Shown here: one piece after another, positions 36,863 to 47,094 of the stretch
Layout of the letters: every line of letters starts with the position of its first letter
Numbering within the stretch: the first letter of the stretch is position 1
From: a bacterium
GTDB taxonomy: Bacteria > Electryoneota > Electryoneia > Electryoneales > Electryoneaceae
Direction of reading: 5' to 3'
Length of the DNA: 64,000 nucleotides
NCBI GenBank assembly: GCA_020444265.1
Contig: JAHLLH010000014.1
Span: 8,339-72,338 of the forward strand
The notes under the pieces: model-generated
Told to the model about the DNA's origin: nothing
Database searches by the model: none
What the model saw: only the letters and a program-made list of their open reading frames with translations
Program-made: the position numbers and the translations under genes

Positions 36863-38077
36863 CTAGTGAGCGTGACCATCGCCAAATGCGCTTTTACCCT
36901 GCTCAGCCTTCAGTACGAACGCATTGTCTGACACATAGGTCTGGCCTGCCTCAAGCCCTTCCCTGATCTCAAGCAAGGAGCCATTTTCCATCCCGATCTG
37001 AACCTGCACCGGGTGGTATTCATCCCCCTCCTGAACGTAAAGGTGCGGTTCGTTCTCGAGCTGGACGAGGGCAGACTTGGGGACTGCTACCGCCACTTCG
37101 ACAGGTTCGGTGAAGACATGGATGGTGACAAACAGGCCGGGGTTGAACCGCCCGTCAACGTTGTCGATTTCGGCACGGACTCGCGCGGTACGAGTCTCTT
37201 CCCCGACAATGGGTCCCACGTAGTCGAGATAGCCTTCCGCTGTTGGAATGCCGTATCCTGCATCAATGCGCACCTTCATCCCTTTCCGAACCAACCCGAG
37301 ATCGCGTGGATAGAGGTCGCCTTCCACCCAAACCCTCGACAGATCGGCGATGACAAACCCTTCATCCATATCTCCGACACGCTGGCCATTCACCAGAGAC
37401 CGCCGAATCACTTCACCATCCATCGGGGCACGGAGTTCGTAATGGGAGAGTTCGAGGTTCTCCTCCTTCGGCAGCCTCGCAATACGATCCTCATCAATGT
37501 TCATGGCGTGCAGGGTCTGCTCCGCTGTACGCAGCTCGATTCGCGCCTGTTGAAGATCGCGTTCCGCAGACTGCAGCTCTTCGACCGAGGTGATCCCATC
37601 ATCATGCAATGATTTCACGCGCTGGTAGTTGGAATCGGCAAGACGCAGTTGTTCGAGGCTTTCGAGGTAGATCGATTTGGCGTCGGCAAGCTGCTGGCTG
37701 TGCAACACAGCGAGGACATCGCCCGCGCGTACATGATCTCCCTCACGTACGTTAATCTTCCAGACATTCCCCGGGACCAATGGTGTGACATGAGCCATAC
37801 GGTCCGTGTTAATCCGTACGTCGCCGGGGAGATCGATCTCGCGGTAGAGAGTCCCACTTCCGGCAATGGCGAGCTGGATGCCGAATTCCTCCAGCTGGTC
37901 CAGAGTGAAATGAACACCACTTTCACCCTCCTCATGATCATCAATCTCACCCGCTTCTTGCTCGTGGTCATGACCCTCATGGGAGTCGATCTCGTGGTTG
38001 CTTCGAGAACATCCTGCCAGTAAAAGCACAAGGGCGAGGAAGGCAATCCCTCGTATCGTCTTCATGTATGTCATCAT
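36863..38077 (-). CDS. CzcB-type RND periplasmic adaptor lipoprotein
   Basis: Lipobox LAGC, HEGHDH, LRAPMDG, ADLSRVWV, ETRTARVR, ends GHAH. Confidence 0.92.
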   Translation of the reverse strand: MMTYMKTIRGIAFLALVLLLAGCSRSNHEIDSHEGHDHEQEAGEIDDHEEGESGVHFTLDQLEEFGIQLAIAGSGTLYREIDLPGDVRINTDRMAHVTPLVPGNVWKINVREGDHVRAGDVLAVLHSQQLADAKSIYLESLEQLRLADSNYQRVKSLHDDGITSVEELQSAERDLQQARIELRTAEQTLHAMNIDEDRIARLPKEENLELSHYELRAPMDGEVIRRSLVNGQRVGDMDEGFVIADLSRVWVEGDLYPRDLGLVRKGMKVRIDAGYGIPTAEGYLDYVGPIVGEETRTARVRAEIDNVDGRFNPGLFVTIHVFTEPVEVAVAVPKSALVQLENEPHLYVQEGDEYHPVQVQIGMENGSLLEIREGLEAGQTYVSDNAFVLKAEQGKSAFGDGHAH

Positions 38078-39324
38078 CGGATATTCTCCCCCTCTTCGGG
38101 TTGCAGAATGGAACGACCCGAGAGGCTGTCAAGGGTGATGTGAGTGTGAACGAGATCGCGCAGGGTGTCGAGGTAGTCAAGACGACGTTCCAGCCAGGTG
38201 CGTTGTGCAACCAACACATCCACATAGGATGCCCGCCCGGCCGCGTAACTGGTTCGCGCAAGAGTGAGGACCTGCTCGCTGGTTGGCAGCAGAGTGGTTT
38301 GGAAGGTGGAAGCACGTTCTCGCCTCGCGAGATAGACCTCGACCTGCTCCTCCCAATCTGCCTGCATTTCGAGTTCAAGTTGACGGGTGTCGCTTTGGGC
38401 AATCCGTTCCCGCGCCACCGCCGCTTGATGTTCTCCGACTCCACCTAAGGCGAACCAGAAGGGGATACTCATCCCGATCTCGCCCCCCCATTGGGAAGCT
38501 TCTGAATCCGTCGGGAGATGCTGACGAAACCCACGTATCTCGAAGGTCGGCAACCAACCGTTCGCGGCGATGGTCCGATCTCGTTCACGAGCGGTTACTT
38601 CTTGTCTCGACCACATCAGTCTGGGGCTTCTCTGCCACTCCGTCGACAGTGCCTCGGGTAGCCAGATAGAATCATAGGGAGCCGCCAGTGGCCGACGAGG
38701 ATCGTCCTGACCGGTCAAGGCTTTCAAATGTGCCCAGCAACCCTTCAGACGAGCTCGTTCAACCTGTAAATCCGCTTGAACCTCAGCCGCTTCGGCATGG
38801 GCACGGCTCGCATCAAGGTCCGGGATTCGACCCACCTCATTCATGCGCTGGAATGTGTTCGCCTGGCTGTCAACACTAGCGGCAAAGGTTGTCAAGATCA
38901 CCAGGCGTTCCTGCTCATACCAGGCATCTGCAAAGGCACGTCTCACCTGGTGCTCGAGGTCGAGCAGCATGCTCTTCCGCTGCTGACGCGCCGATTCGAC
39001 TCGAGCATTTTCCCGCTGCAACCGCCAGACCGTACGCAAAGGAAAATCAAAGTCCTGCTGAACTGCGATCCGTCGCTCTTCATACTCACCGAACCCCGCA
39101 CCGGAAGGAATCCCTTCCAGCTCGTAGCTCACTTTTGGTGCTTCCGGGGAAAGGGTAGCACGTCTTGTACCATGTGCTTCTGCTTCGATCGCATCAGCTC
39201 GTTCACTTGCCGGGTGGTTCTCCAGCGCCGCGCGAGCGGCCTGCTGGACAGTCCAGGGAGTGGTGGCAGCGGCCATACTCCAACCCATGACCAGACCCAG
39301 GACGACCACAAACAATCGTCTCAT
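38074..39324 (-). CDS. TolC/CzcC-family outer membrane efflux protein
   Basis: ALENHP, GMSIPFW, SYAAG.ASYVDVLVAQR. Start taken at MRRLF because a signal peptide follows. Confidence 0.88.
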   Translation of the reverse strand: MRRLFVVVLGLVMGWSMAAATTPWTVQQAARAALENHPASERADAIEAEAHGTRRATLSPEAPKVSYELEGIPSGAGFGEYEERRIAVQQDFDFPLRTVWRLQRENARVESARQQRKSMLLDLEHQVRRAFADAWYEQERLVILTTFAASVDSQANTFQRMNEVGRIPDLDASRAHAEAAEVQADLQVERARLKGCWAHLKALTGQDDPRRPLAAPYDSIWLPEALSTEWQRSPRLMWSRQEVTARERDRTIAANGWLPTFEIRGFRQHLPTDSEASQWGGEIGMSIPFWFALGGVGEHQAAVARERIAQSDTRQLELEMQADWEEQVEVYLARRERASTFQTTLLPTSEQVLTLARTSYAAGRASYVDVLVAQRTWLERRLDYLDTLRDLVHTHITLDSLSGRSILQPEEGENIR

Positions 39325-39417
39325 GATATACAACCTCTGTTCACCGACAGAGATTTCCCATCGGTGGATGTTCACGTAAACCGTTTAAAGTCAATTTGAA
39401 TAAAGGAGGAGCTGAGA

Positions 39418-39939
39418 TCAGCTCAGCAGAACCACTGTGAGGTCCGACGTGGGGTTGGACAGCGCGAAATGACTCGCTTCTTGAATGAGGGAGGCAGAAG
39501 GAGTGTAGAGTACAGATGCAGAGGAAAGAGTAGGATTGCCAATCACGGCCAAACGAGTTTCAAGCGGCTTTGGCTTGGGTTGCGAGCGATCCAGGTGGAA
39601 TCTCCCAAGCTTGATCACGACATCCGAACAGGGATGCAAATCGTCCATGTGATTGGCAGGATTATCGAAATGAAGATCATCGTCCGTGCAGGATGGTGCG
39701 ATGAGGGATTGCTCGCAGAATGCATTGATGCTCGACTCGTAGGCCACATGTCCGCTGGACGTACCCGTGCAGAGCATGATCAGCCCATCTCCCGCGAGGG
39801 AGAAGAAGAGGCTGAACAACAGCAAAGGTACCAAAACCAGTCGAATACGACCCACGAACGTCCTCCATCTGCCTGACACGCTTGAGTATACGGTGTGACT
39901 ACGAAGCTGTTCCACTCTTGGGAGACATGTAGGAGACAT
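39418..39939 (-). CDS. Small membrane protein with Cys/His cluster upstream of efflux operon 2
   Basis: TM helix, LCTGTSSGHVAYE..C..C..H..H..HPCSD, ends LTVVLLS. Real start probably further inside. Confidence 0.65.
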   Translation of the reverse strand: MSPTCLPRVEQLRSHTVYSSVSGRWRTFVGRIRLVLVPLLLFSLFFSLAGDGLIMLCTGTSSGHVAYESSINAFCEQSLIAPSCTDDDLHFDNPANHMDDLHPCSDVVIKLGRFHLDRSQPKPKPLETRLAVIGNPTLSSASVLYTPSASLIQEASHFALSNPTSDLTVVLLS

Positions 39940-40019
39940 CTGCCCTCGATAGTCCGAAGGGATCGTTTCGTCTTTGTTCTGCTATATCTTACTACCGACG
40001 ATAATCACGGGAGGATTGC

Positions 40020-40313
40020 ATGAAACGAGCATTGTTACTGGGGGTGTTGCTGCTGATGATCATGCTGGTTGCCGGTTGTGCAGCGGGGCCCAATGGTTTT
40101 GAAGATCAAGCGGACGGAAACGGCGATCTGGCTGGGTTCTGGATGGGCCTCTGGCACGGCTTCATTATCTTTTTCAGCTTCATCATTTCGCTGTTCAATG
40201 ATGCCGTCCAGGTATATGAGGTTCACAACACTGGCGGCTGGTACAATTTCGGCTTCCTGCTGGGAGCATCCGCCTTCTTTGGCGGTGGCGGGAAAGCAAG
40301 CTGCAAGAGGTAG
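40020..40313 (+). CDS. Small hypothetical lipoprotein / membrane protein
   Basis: GGAGGA RBS, lipobox VAGC, AGFWMGLWHG..YEVHNTGGWYNFGFLLG. Confidence 0.85.
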   Translation: MKRALLLGVLLLMIMLVAGCAAGPNGFEDQADGNGDLAGFWMGLWHGFIIFFSFIISLFNDAVQVYEVHNTGGWYNFGFLLGASAFFGGGGKASCKR

Positions 40314-40393
40314 AGTGTCCATCATACGTCATACAAAACGCCCCTCGAGCAGATCGGGGGGCGTATTTCGTGTGTACAATATGGTACTTCAGG

Positions 40394-40681
40394 CTACGAG
40401 GCGGTCACCTGACGTTCATTCATCAGGTTCTGCAGCTCGATCCCCTTATTGAACTTCACCACAAGATCGAGATGAGTCGTATACCCAGAATGGTTGTCGC
40501 AGAGCCACGAGTAGAGGAGCGTGTCGATCAACTTCTCGGCGCTCGCAAATTCTCCCCTGGCAATCATCGTTTCCGCGACAATACGAACGTCGCTCAGAAT
40601 CGTGTTCAATTCTTCCTTCTCCACCCGCTTCGGAGCGGGTGCCTCAAGGATCTCGAACAAACGTGCTTCAAGTGCTGGCAT
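40394..40681 (-). CDS. Hypothetical protein
   Basis: 95 aa, purine-rich RBS, converges on a hairpin at about 40336-40365. Confidence 0.55.
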   Translation of the reverse strand: MPALEARLFEILEAPAPKRVEKEELNTILSDVRIVAETMIARGEFASAEKLIDTLLYSWLCDNHSGYTTHLDLVVKFNKGIELQNLMNERQVTAS

Positions 40682-41074
40682 TGGACTTTCCCCTTCACTG
40701 CTTATTCATGCTACCAGGTTTCCCTGTATAGCTGGAATGGAACAGATACCATCTGTCCCCACGCCATTCCTGTATCAAGTGTACGTGACTTGTCTAACTG
40801 ATCGTGTGACCCAGTTCACTCCGGCTGTTAAGAGCCCCAAAAACTCGTAATACTGTCTCTCCGAGTAGATCCTTGCACCCTGAAATGCAACATAAGGTTC
40901 CCCTGTTTTCTCCAATTGGTACCAAGAGAATTCGCAGGCTGCCCGTAGATCATTTTGGACTGCAAGAATGGGCTCTCCCTGTTTCCAAATGATGCGATTT
41001 TTGTTTGAAATGTGCGAAAAAGAGTTGCTGGAGCAGAAAAAGAGCTGAATCGCTTCGCCGGATGTGACGATCTA

Positions 41075-42211
41075 CTAGTTCTTTGAGGCGAGACCAATGG
41101 GACTGAAAGTCCAGCTCAGTCCCATGGCAAACTGGTTGTGCTCCTGGATCAGGACCGTGAAGCCGGGTGCCCACTTGTGGCGAGTCAGCACCCCAGGATA
41201 GACATTGAGGCGAGTTTTGTAACCGCGCGCACCACCAAAGATAACTGAGGCAAGCAGTGAGTTGTTGCGGTCCAGAAATATCCCGCTGGTGACAATCAAG
41301 GTCGCGGACTCGACACGGACACCGTTGCTCCCGGTTACATCCGACTTGATATCCTTCACCGCCCAGCCGCCACCGACTGAAATTGTATTTTGTGAATCAA
41401 GGCGATACGAGCCCCCGACCATCCCTTCCGTACCCGTCAGGTAAAAAATGCCATATCGGTCCGCCCACGGGAGGAAATATTTGAACGAGAACTTCATCCC
41501 GCTGTTGAGCAGTTCTCCCGTCCCCGGCACATAAACCGCCTGGAAAGGCCATGCGGTGAGATTCAAATCATGCGCGAAAAAGGTGGCCACCCTTGGATTG
41601 CTGAAGAGGATATAAGCTGCTGGCCCGAAGATGTAGAGGTCTGCAATTGGATCAACTGTCGGCGCGTCGTAGTGACGGATTTCCATCACCTCGTTCAAGT
41701 AGTGCATCCCGATGTTGGCAGCGAGGGACCAGGCATGGGGATAGGGGTAGCCATGGTACTCAAAGTATTCAGTCGCGGCGACATGCAGCATCCCGCCACC
41801 AATCAGATGAAGCTTGTAATTGGGCCAGTACTGGACATCCGTCATCCGAACACTTGTCGGAATAACTTCCGTCCGTAGAAAACGATCCCACCCGATTTTC
41901 CCAATGACATAACCAGGCCGTTCAAGGTTCCACATCAGGTTGCGATGGGCTTCGTAGAAGGGAAATTCCGCCAGGTTGTTATTACGGTTGGTAATCTGCA
42001 TGATGGCCATCGAGTAACCGATGGTCATCGAGAAGGGATTAAACGACGCCTCGGTACCATAGCTATAGCCGTGGTAGTAAAGGTTGTCGAGGTTCGGTTC
42101 CCGTTCCTCGGCTTGCAGCATCCCCGGAAGCAGAAGCACGAGGAAGAGGGCAACCCCGAACCAACGGGACCCAGATGTCTGTGTGTCGGGGGGACACATC
42201 GGCTTATGCAA
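41075..42211 (-). CDS. Exported hypothetical protein, likely outer membrane
   Basis: Signal-like segment, helical N-half with H/E/D motifs (HLIGGG, NEVME, DPIADL), beta-rich C-half. Start uncertain. Confidence 0.7.
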   Translation of the reverse strand: MHKPMCPPDTQTSGSRWFGVALFLVLLLPGMLQAEEREPNLDNLYYHGYSYGTEASFNPFSMTIGYSMAIMQITNRNNNLAEFPFYEAHRNLMWNLERPGYVIGKIGWDRFLRTEVIPTSVRMTDVQYWPNYKLHLIGGGMLHVAATEYFEYHGYPYPHAWSLAANIGMHYLNEVMEIRHYDAPTVDPIADLYIFGPAAYILFSNPRVATFFAHDLNLTAWPFQAVYVPGTGELLNSGMKFSFKYFLPWADRYGIFYLTGTEGMVGGSYRLDSQNTISVGGGWAVKDIKSDVTGSNGVRVESATLIVTSGIFLDRNNSLLASVIFGGARGYKTRLNVYPGVLTRHKWAPGFTVLIQEHNQFAMGLSWTFSPIGLASKN

Positions 42212-42567
42212 CTCCGGTCGATCAGAACGTCAGGCACATCGAGAGGTGATGGAAACGCATCACATCGGGGCCAACCACGGTTCAGCAGGTCACGAATATA
42301 CGTTAGAACCTCGGTAGAACCCATCGTTGTGACATGAAACACTCGGAGGAGGACGAAACTCCGTTCCTTGTTGGTTCTTCCACCGTTCAAACCGTTTTGG
42401 CCCGACGGGCTCCCTCTGACTGACAGAGTTGATTCTCAAGCGTGGGCTGTTTGTATTTCAATTCCTCTCTGCTACATTTCCGCTAAGCCATTGTGAATGC
42501 CAATCTTACGTAATTCTGTAAGCGAATTACAACATTACAGTAAACCTTTGTCGTGGAGTGATCGGCG

Positions 42568-44310
42568 ATGCACGTCTTCGAAAGCAAGTTGTTGCCTGCC
42601 AAAGAGCTGTTTCCCCTGGGTGAACTGGCGGGACGTAGCGCAACCCGTTATGGCAACAAACCCGCCATGCGCGCAAAGCGTGATGAAAAGTGGCATGAGT
42701 GGACCTACAACGATCTCGCGGAAAAGGTCAACGCACTTGCGAAATGGTTGATCGAGGTCGGCATCCAGCCGGGCGATCATGTGGCAGTGGTTGGGGAGAA
42801 CAGTCCCCAATGGGAAGCCAGCTACCTGGGTATCCAGCGTGCTGGTGCGGTCTGCATCCCGATTGACCGGATGTTGCCCGCCTCCGGGATTCGTCACATC
42901 CTCGCCGATTCTGGCAGCCGTCTTCTCTTCGCCGACCCCCATTTTCTAAGCATGCTTGGGGAAGTCGAAGGTGTCCCGACCCTCAAACGGACGATCTCGC
43001 TGCACGAAACCGTCTCGAGCACGCCGCATACCTTCAGCGCGCTTGTCGAAGCAGGCCAGGCCCTGGACCATGCGTTTCCCTCCCGCGATCTGGACGATCT
43101 CGCGGCCATCCTCTATACGTCAGGAACCACCGGCCACTCGAAAGGTGTGATGCTTTCCTCGCGCAACATTCTTTCGAATGCGATGGCCGCCGGACGAGTC
43201 TTCGCCTGCACACCGGATGATGTCTTCCTCTCTGTTCTGCCGGTCCACCACAGTTTTGAAGCAACCGCCGGGTTCATTTTCCCGCTCTTCAACGGGGCCA
43301 GCATCAGCTTTGCTCCCAGCCTTGCCGGACCGGAAATTGTCGCTTCGATCCGTGAAACAGGCGTCACCTACATGTGCGGCGTGCCACTGCTGTTTGAAAA
43401 GATGCAGGCAGGCGTGCTGCGCAACGTGCGCAAAGCAGGCAAACGCAAGGAGCGGTTGTTCCACACGATGATGAAGGTGGTTGCGGCGGGTGAAAAGCTG
43501 GGCCTCAAGCTGGGTGTCCCGATTTTCCGTGGTATGCGTGAACAGGCAGGTCTGTCCAGCATTCGCTACTTCCTCTCCGCCGGTGGTCCGCTCGACCCGG
43601 AGATCGGACAGTTCTTCAACCGTCTCGGCCTGACCACGTTCCAGGGCTATGGCCTCACCGAAACCAGCCCCTGCACCCACTTGTCGCCGGATTGGAAGAT
43701 TCGCCATGAGTGCGTTGGCCCCGCCCTTCCAGGTGTCGAGTGCAAGATCCTCAAGCCGGATGCCCAGGGGATCGGCGAAGTCTGTGTCAAGGGTCCGAAT
43801 GTCTTCCTCGGCTACTACAAAAACCCGGAGGCGACGGCGGCCTGTTTCACTGAGGATGGCTGGTTCCGTACCGGCGACCTCGGGATCGAGCACTCGGATG
43901 GCTACCTGCAGATCACAGGTCGTGCCAAGGCGCTGATTGTAACGGCGGGCGGAAAAAATGTCTTCCCGGAAGAGCTGGAGTTCTACCTCAACCGGATGCG
44001 TTTCATCGCCGAATCGGTCGTTGTTGGCATCAAGCGCAAGTTGGGTGTCGGCGAGGAAGTGGGCGCGTTGATCTATCCAGACTACGAACAGATCGACCTG
44101 CATGACGAGGAGACCGGGAAAAAGTCTACCGCCGATGACATTCGCCAAATGGTCAGCGATGAGATCAAGAAGGCGATGAAGCAGGTGGCGGAATACAAGA
44201 AGATCAAAACGTTCCGTGTCTTCGACAGCGAGTTCCAGAAAACCACCAAACGCACGATCAAACGGTTCCTCTACAATGGTGATATGATCGAGATGGAGGG
44301 GCAGAATTAG
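42568..44310 (+). CDS. Long-chain acyl-CoA synthetase (AMP-binding)
   Basis: YTSGTTGHSKG, QGYGLTET, WFRTGDLG, ITGRAK..GGKNVFPEELE. Confidence 0.93.
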   Translation: MHVFESKLLPAKELFPLGELAGRSATRYGNKPAMRAKRDEKWHEWTYNDLAEKVNALAKWLIEVGIQPGDHVAVVGENSPQWEASYLGIQRAGAVCIPIDRMLPASGIRHILADSGSRLLFADPHFLSMLGEVEGVPTLKRTISLHETVSSTPHTFSALVEAGQALDHAFPSRDLDDLAAILYTSGTTGHSKGVMLSSRNILSNAMAAGRVFACTPDDVFLSVLPVHHSFEATAGFIFPLFNGASISFAPSLAGPEIVASIRETGVTYMCGVPLLFEKMQAGVLRNVRKAGKRKERLFHTMMKVVAAGEKLGLKLGVPIFRGMREQAGLSSIRYFLSAGGPLDPEIGQFFNRLGLTTFQGYGLTETSPCTHLSPDWKIRHECVGPALPGVECKILKPDAQGIGEVCVKGPNVFLGYYKNPEATAACFTEDGWFRTGDLGIEHSDGYLQITGRAKALIVTAGGKNVFPEELEFYLNRMRFIAESVVVGIKRKLGVGEEVGALIYPDYEQIDLHDEETGKKSTADDIRQMVSDEIKKAMKQVAEYKKIKTFRVFDSEFQKTTKRTIKRFLYNGDMIEMEGQN

Positions 44311-44315
44311 AGGTG

Positions 44316-44642
44316 GTCATTACCCCGGACTTGATTCGGGGTCCTGAAAATGATCTTCGCCAGCAGGATGGATACTGGATCCCGGATCAAGCCGGGATGA
44401 CAGACAAAGTGGCCCAGGGCTTCAGCCCTGGGCCACTCTCTTGCGAAACAAAGGAAATCCGGGCTACAAGATTGCCCGGTACAGATCTATACACCCTACT
44501 TCCTTTTGCGGGTACGTGTGAACACGTTCTGTCAGGCCTCCTGACCTGACAGAAATGCGACAGGTCGGGAGACCTGCCGCAACAAGGGACGTAAGACTTT
44601 CCTGCCGGGATTGAAACCCGGGCAGGGGACTGCCCGGGCCAC
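44316..44642. repeat. Mosaic of REP-like palindromes
   Basis: gtcattaccccggacttgattcggggtcc...cccggatcaagccgggatgac; cccagggcttcagccctggg; caggtcgggagacctg; cccgggcaggggactgcccggg. Confidence 0.8.
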
Positions 44643-44649
44643 ACGATTG

Positions 44650-46431
44650 TTACTTCCCTTTACGTGGGGAACGAGTCACCTTGCCGTCGCGTCGTTGCAA
44701 GTCTCGCGGCTTGCGATTGTCGCGTGGTTTGCGACTGCCACGTGATGCGGTGTGCCGCACAGGGTTGATTGAAATCTTCAGCGGTTGGCCGACCACTTTG
44801 ACCCGTCCCAACTCATCCATCACGTCCTCAGGCATCCCATCCGGCAGATCGACGACGCTGAACTGGTCCTCGATGATGATCTTGCCGACATACTTGCCAT
44901 CCAACCCCGCCTCATTGGTGATTGCGCCGACCAGGTTGCCCGCCTTGACACCGTGCGCATGCCCCACCTCAACACGGTACTGGACCATCGTGTATTCATC
45001 GATCCGTTCAGGTTCCGAAGGGCGATCTTTCCTGGTGCGGGGACGTGAGGCTCCATTATCCCCCGCCGAATTCGTTCTGCGGGGTTTGGTCTCCACACTT
45101 TCGACCATCGTCTTCACGGGCGATTGCCCGGCGCTCAGCAGATGCAATGCAGCTGCTGCGATGGTTTCAGCATCCAATTTTATAGTCGCGGCGAGCTGGT
45201 GGACCATGGACTCGTAGCTGCTCAAATCATTCGATTTGACCACCCCTTCGAGCCGTCCAACCAATTGCTCGAGACGTTTCTGGGCGAGGTCTTCCGCCTT
45301 CGGCATCTCGTAGACACCGATCCCCTGGCGGGTTGCCTTCTCAATTGTGCGTAGCATGCTCTTGTCACGATGCGACATGAAAATGATCGCCTCGCCGGTG
45401 CGTCCCGCACGACCTGTTCTCCCAACGCGATGGATGTACGCTTCCGCATCGTGAGGAATATCGTAGTTGATCACATGGCTGATGCGCTCCACATCGAGGC
45501 CGCGCGCTGCGACATCGGTCGCCACCAGCACATTGATCCTGCCCGCTTTGAGGTTGTCAACCGTTCGTTCACGTTGATTTTGCGGGATGTCACCGTTCAA
45601 CGGTGCCGCATTGAAGCCACGTCCCACCAGTTTCTCCGCCAGTTCAACGGTCGCATTTCGTGTCCGGACAAAGACAATCACCCCCTCGGTCGTTTCCACC
45701 TCGAGGATACGGCTCAGCGCATCGAGCTTGTGCATCCCCTTGATCAGCCAGTAGCGCTGGTTGATGGTGGCCGCAGTGGTGGTTTTTGTTTTGACGGTGA
45801 TTTCCAACGGCGACTGCATGAATCGTTTCGCGATTTTGCGGATGCCGGCCGAAATGGTCGCTGAAAAGAGGGCCATCTGACGCTTTTCCGGGGCACGTTC
45901 CAGGATCCATTCAACATCCTCCTGGAAGCCCATTTGCAGCATCTCATCGGCCTCGTCCAGCACGATGCAGCTGATCTGATCGAGACGCAGGGTTTCGCGA
46001 CGCATGTGGTCCATGACACGGCCCGGTGTGCCGACGATGATCTGTGCCCCCTTTTTTAAGGCACGAGTCTGGTCACGCATGTTCGCACCGCCATACACCG
46101 GCAGGATGCTGACGTTTTTGAGGAACATGGAGAACTGCTCGAAGGCGTCCGCCACCTGGATGGCGAGTTCACGCGTCGGGGTCAGGACAAGCACCTGCGG
46201 TGCTTTAAGCTGTGGGTCGAGGTAGTTCAATAGTGGTAGAGCGAAAGCGGCTGTTTTGCCTGTACCGGTCTGTGCCTGGCCAAGAATGTCCTGTCCCGCC
46301 AGCATCGGCGCGATGGTTTGTTCCTGGATGGTGGTCGGTTCGGTGTAGCCGAGGTGGTCGACAGCACGCAGGAGTGCGGTGCCGAGGCCCAGAGATTCGA
46401 ATCCGGGCAGAGTGGTGCCTTGATCTGACAT
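44650..46431 (-). CDS. deaD: DEAD-box RNA helicase with DbpA RNA-binding domain
   Basis: AQTGTGKT, PTRELA, DEAD, SAT, ARGLD, HRVGRTGRAG, YRVEVG..HGVK..NLVGAI.NE. Confidence 0.93.
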   Translation of the reverse strand: MSDQGTTLPGFESLGLGTALLRAVDHLGYTEPTTIQEQTIAPMLAGQDILGQAQTGTGKTAAFALPLLNYLDPQLKAPQVLVLTPTRELAIQVADAFEQFSMFLKNVSILPVYGGANMRDQTRALKKGAQIIVGTPGRVMDHMRRETLRLDQISCIVLDEADEMLQMGFQEDVEWILERAPEKRQMALFSATISAGIRKIAKRFMQSPLEITVKTKTTTAATINQRYWLIKGMHKLDALSRILEVETTEGVIVFVRTRNATVELAEKLVGRGFNAAPLNGDIPQNQRERTVDNLKAGRINVLVATDVAARGLDVERISHVINYDIPHDAEAYIHRVGRTGRAGRTGEAIIFMSHRDKSMLRTIEKATRQGIGVYEMPKAEDLAQKRLEQLVGRLEGVVKSNDLSSYESMVHQLAATIKLDAETIAAAALHLLSAGQSPVKTMVESVETKPRRTNSAGDNGASRPRTRKDRPSEPERIDEYTMVQYRVEVGHAHGVKAGNLVGAITNEAGLDGKYVGKIIIEDQFSVVDLPDGMPEDVMDELGRVKVVGQPLKISINPVRHTASRGSRKPRDNRKPRDLQRRDGKVTRSPRKGK

Positions 46432-46769
46432 GGTTGTGTCCTGTTATGGGTTCAGCGCAAACTGCGCTGTGACGAGCACCTTTCGCGATGCTCGAATCCA
46501 TGCTTCCCATAACACACAACGCTACCAACTCGTGGTCAGGCGATGAATCTCTGGTTGGTATCCCGGGTTGAGCCACGATCACTCACTCGGGAGATAGACC
46601 AAATACGATGGGGTCGATGGATTGCGCCGGATGAAATACATCCGGAATCTGTCCGGCAATTGTACGACAATGACACGCTGTATCCTAGCGGTATTTCATC
46701 GGGTTGGAGCATTGGTACGATCCTCCCAAGGATGTGTTCCGGCCGGGCCTGTCCTATCCGTCCCACGTT

Positions 46770-46858
46770 GTCATCCCCAGCTCGCATGCCTGCTTCAGCG
46801 GGCACGTGACCGAAGGGAACTCGCCAAAGGCGAGCGAGCGTCGGGGATTCCCTGGGGC
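46770..46858. repeat. Structured repeat gtcatccccagc...cgtgaccgaagggaac...ggggat
   Basis: Second copy at 60557-60634; partial starts at about 55814 and 63982. Confidence 0.75.
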
Positions 46859-47094
46859 TGTGAACCAAGGTGTGTTCCTCAACCAACGGGGATGCCCGAC
46901 GCCCCCAACAGCAACACCGTGCCGGTAATTACCGGCATGGGGCCTGGGCATGACAGGTTATTGAAGAGATGAAGGCGCCTACCATGGCCCTGCGCTACGC
47001 TCCTGGCAAGGACGTAGGTTCGTAACTAATTTTAGATTTGGCTGTCCTAACCCTATTCCGCGAGCCGAACCAACAGCGAGAATAAGGGAAGGGA

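Noticed and set aside
46432..47094. Small ORFs or a riboswitch upstream of deaD
   Set aside because: There is no recognisable motif beyond the repeat element and weak hairpins, so no call can be supported.
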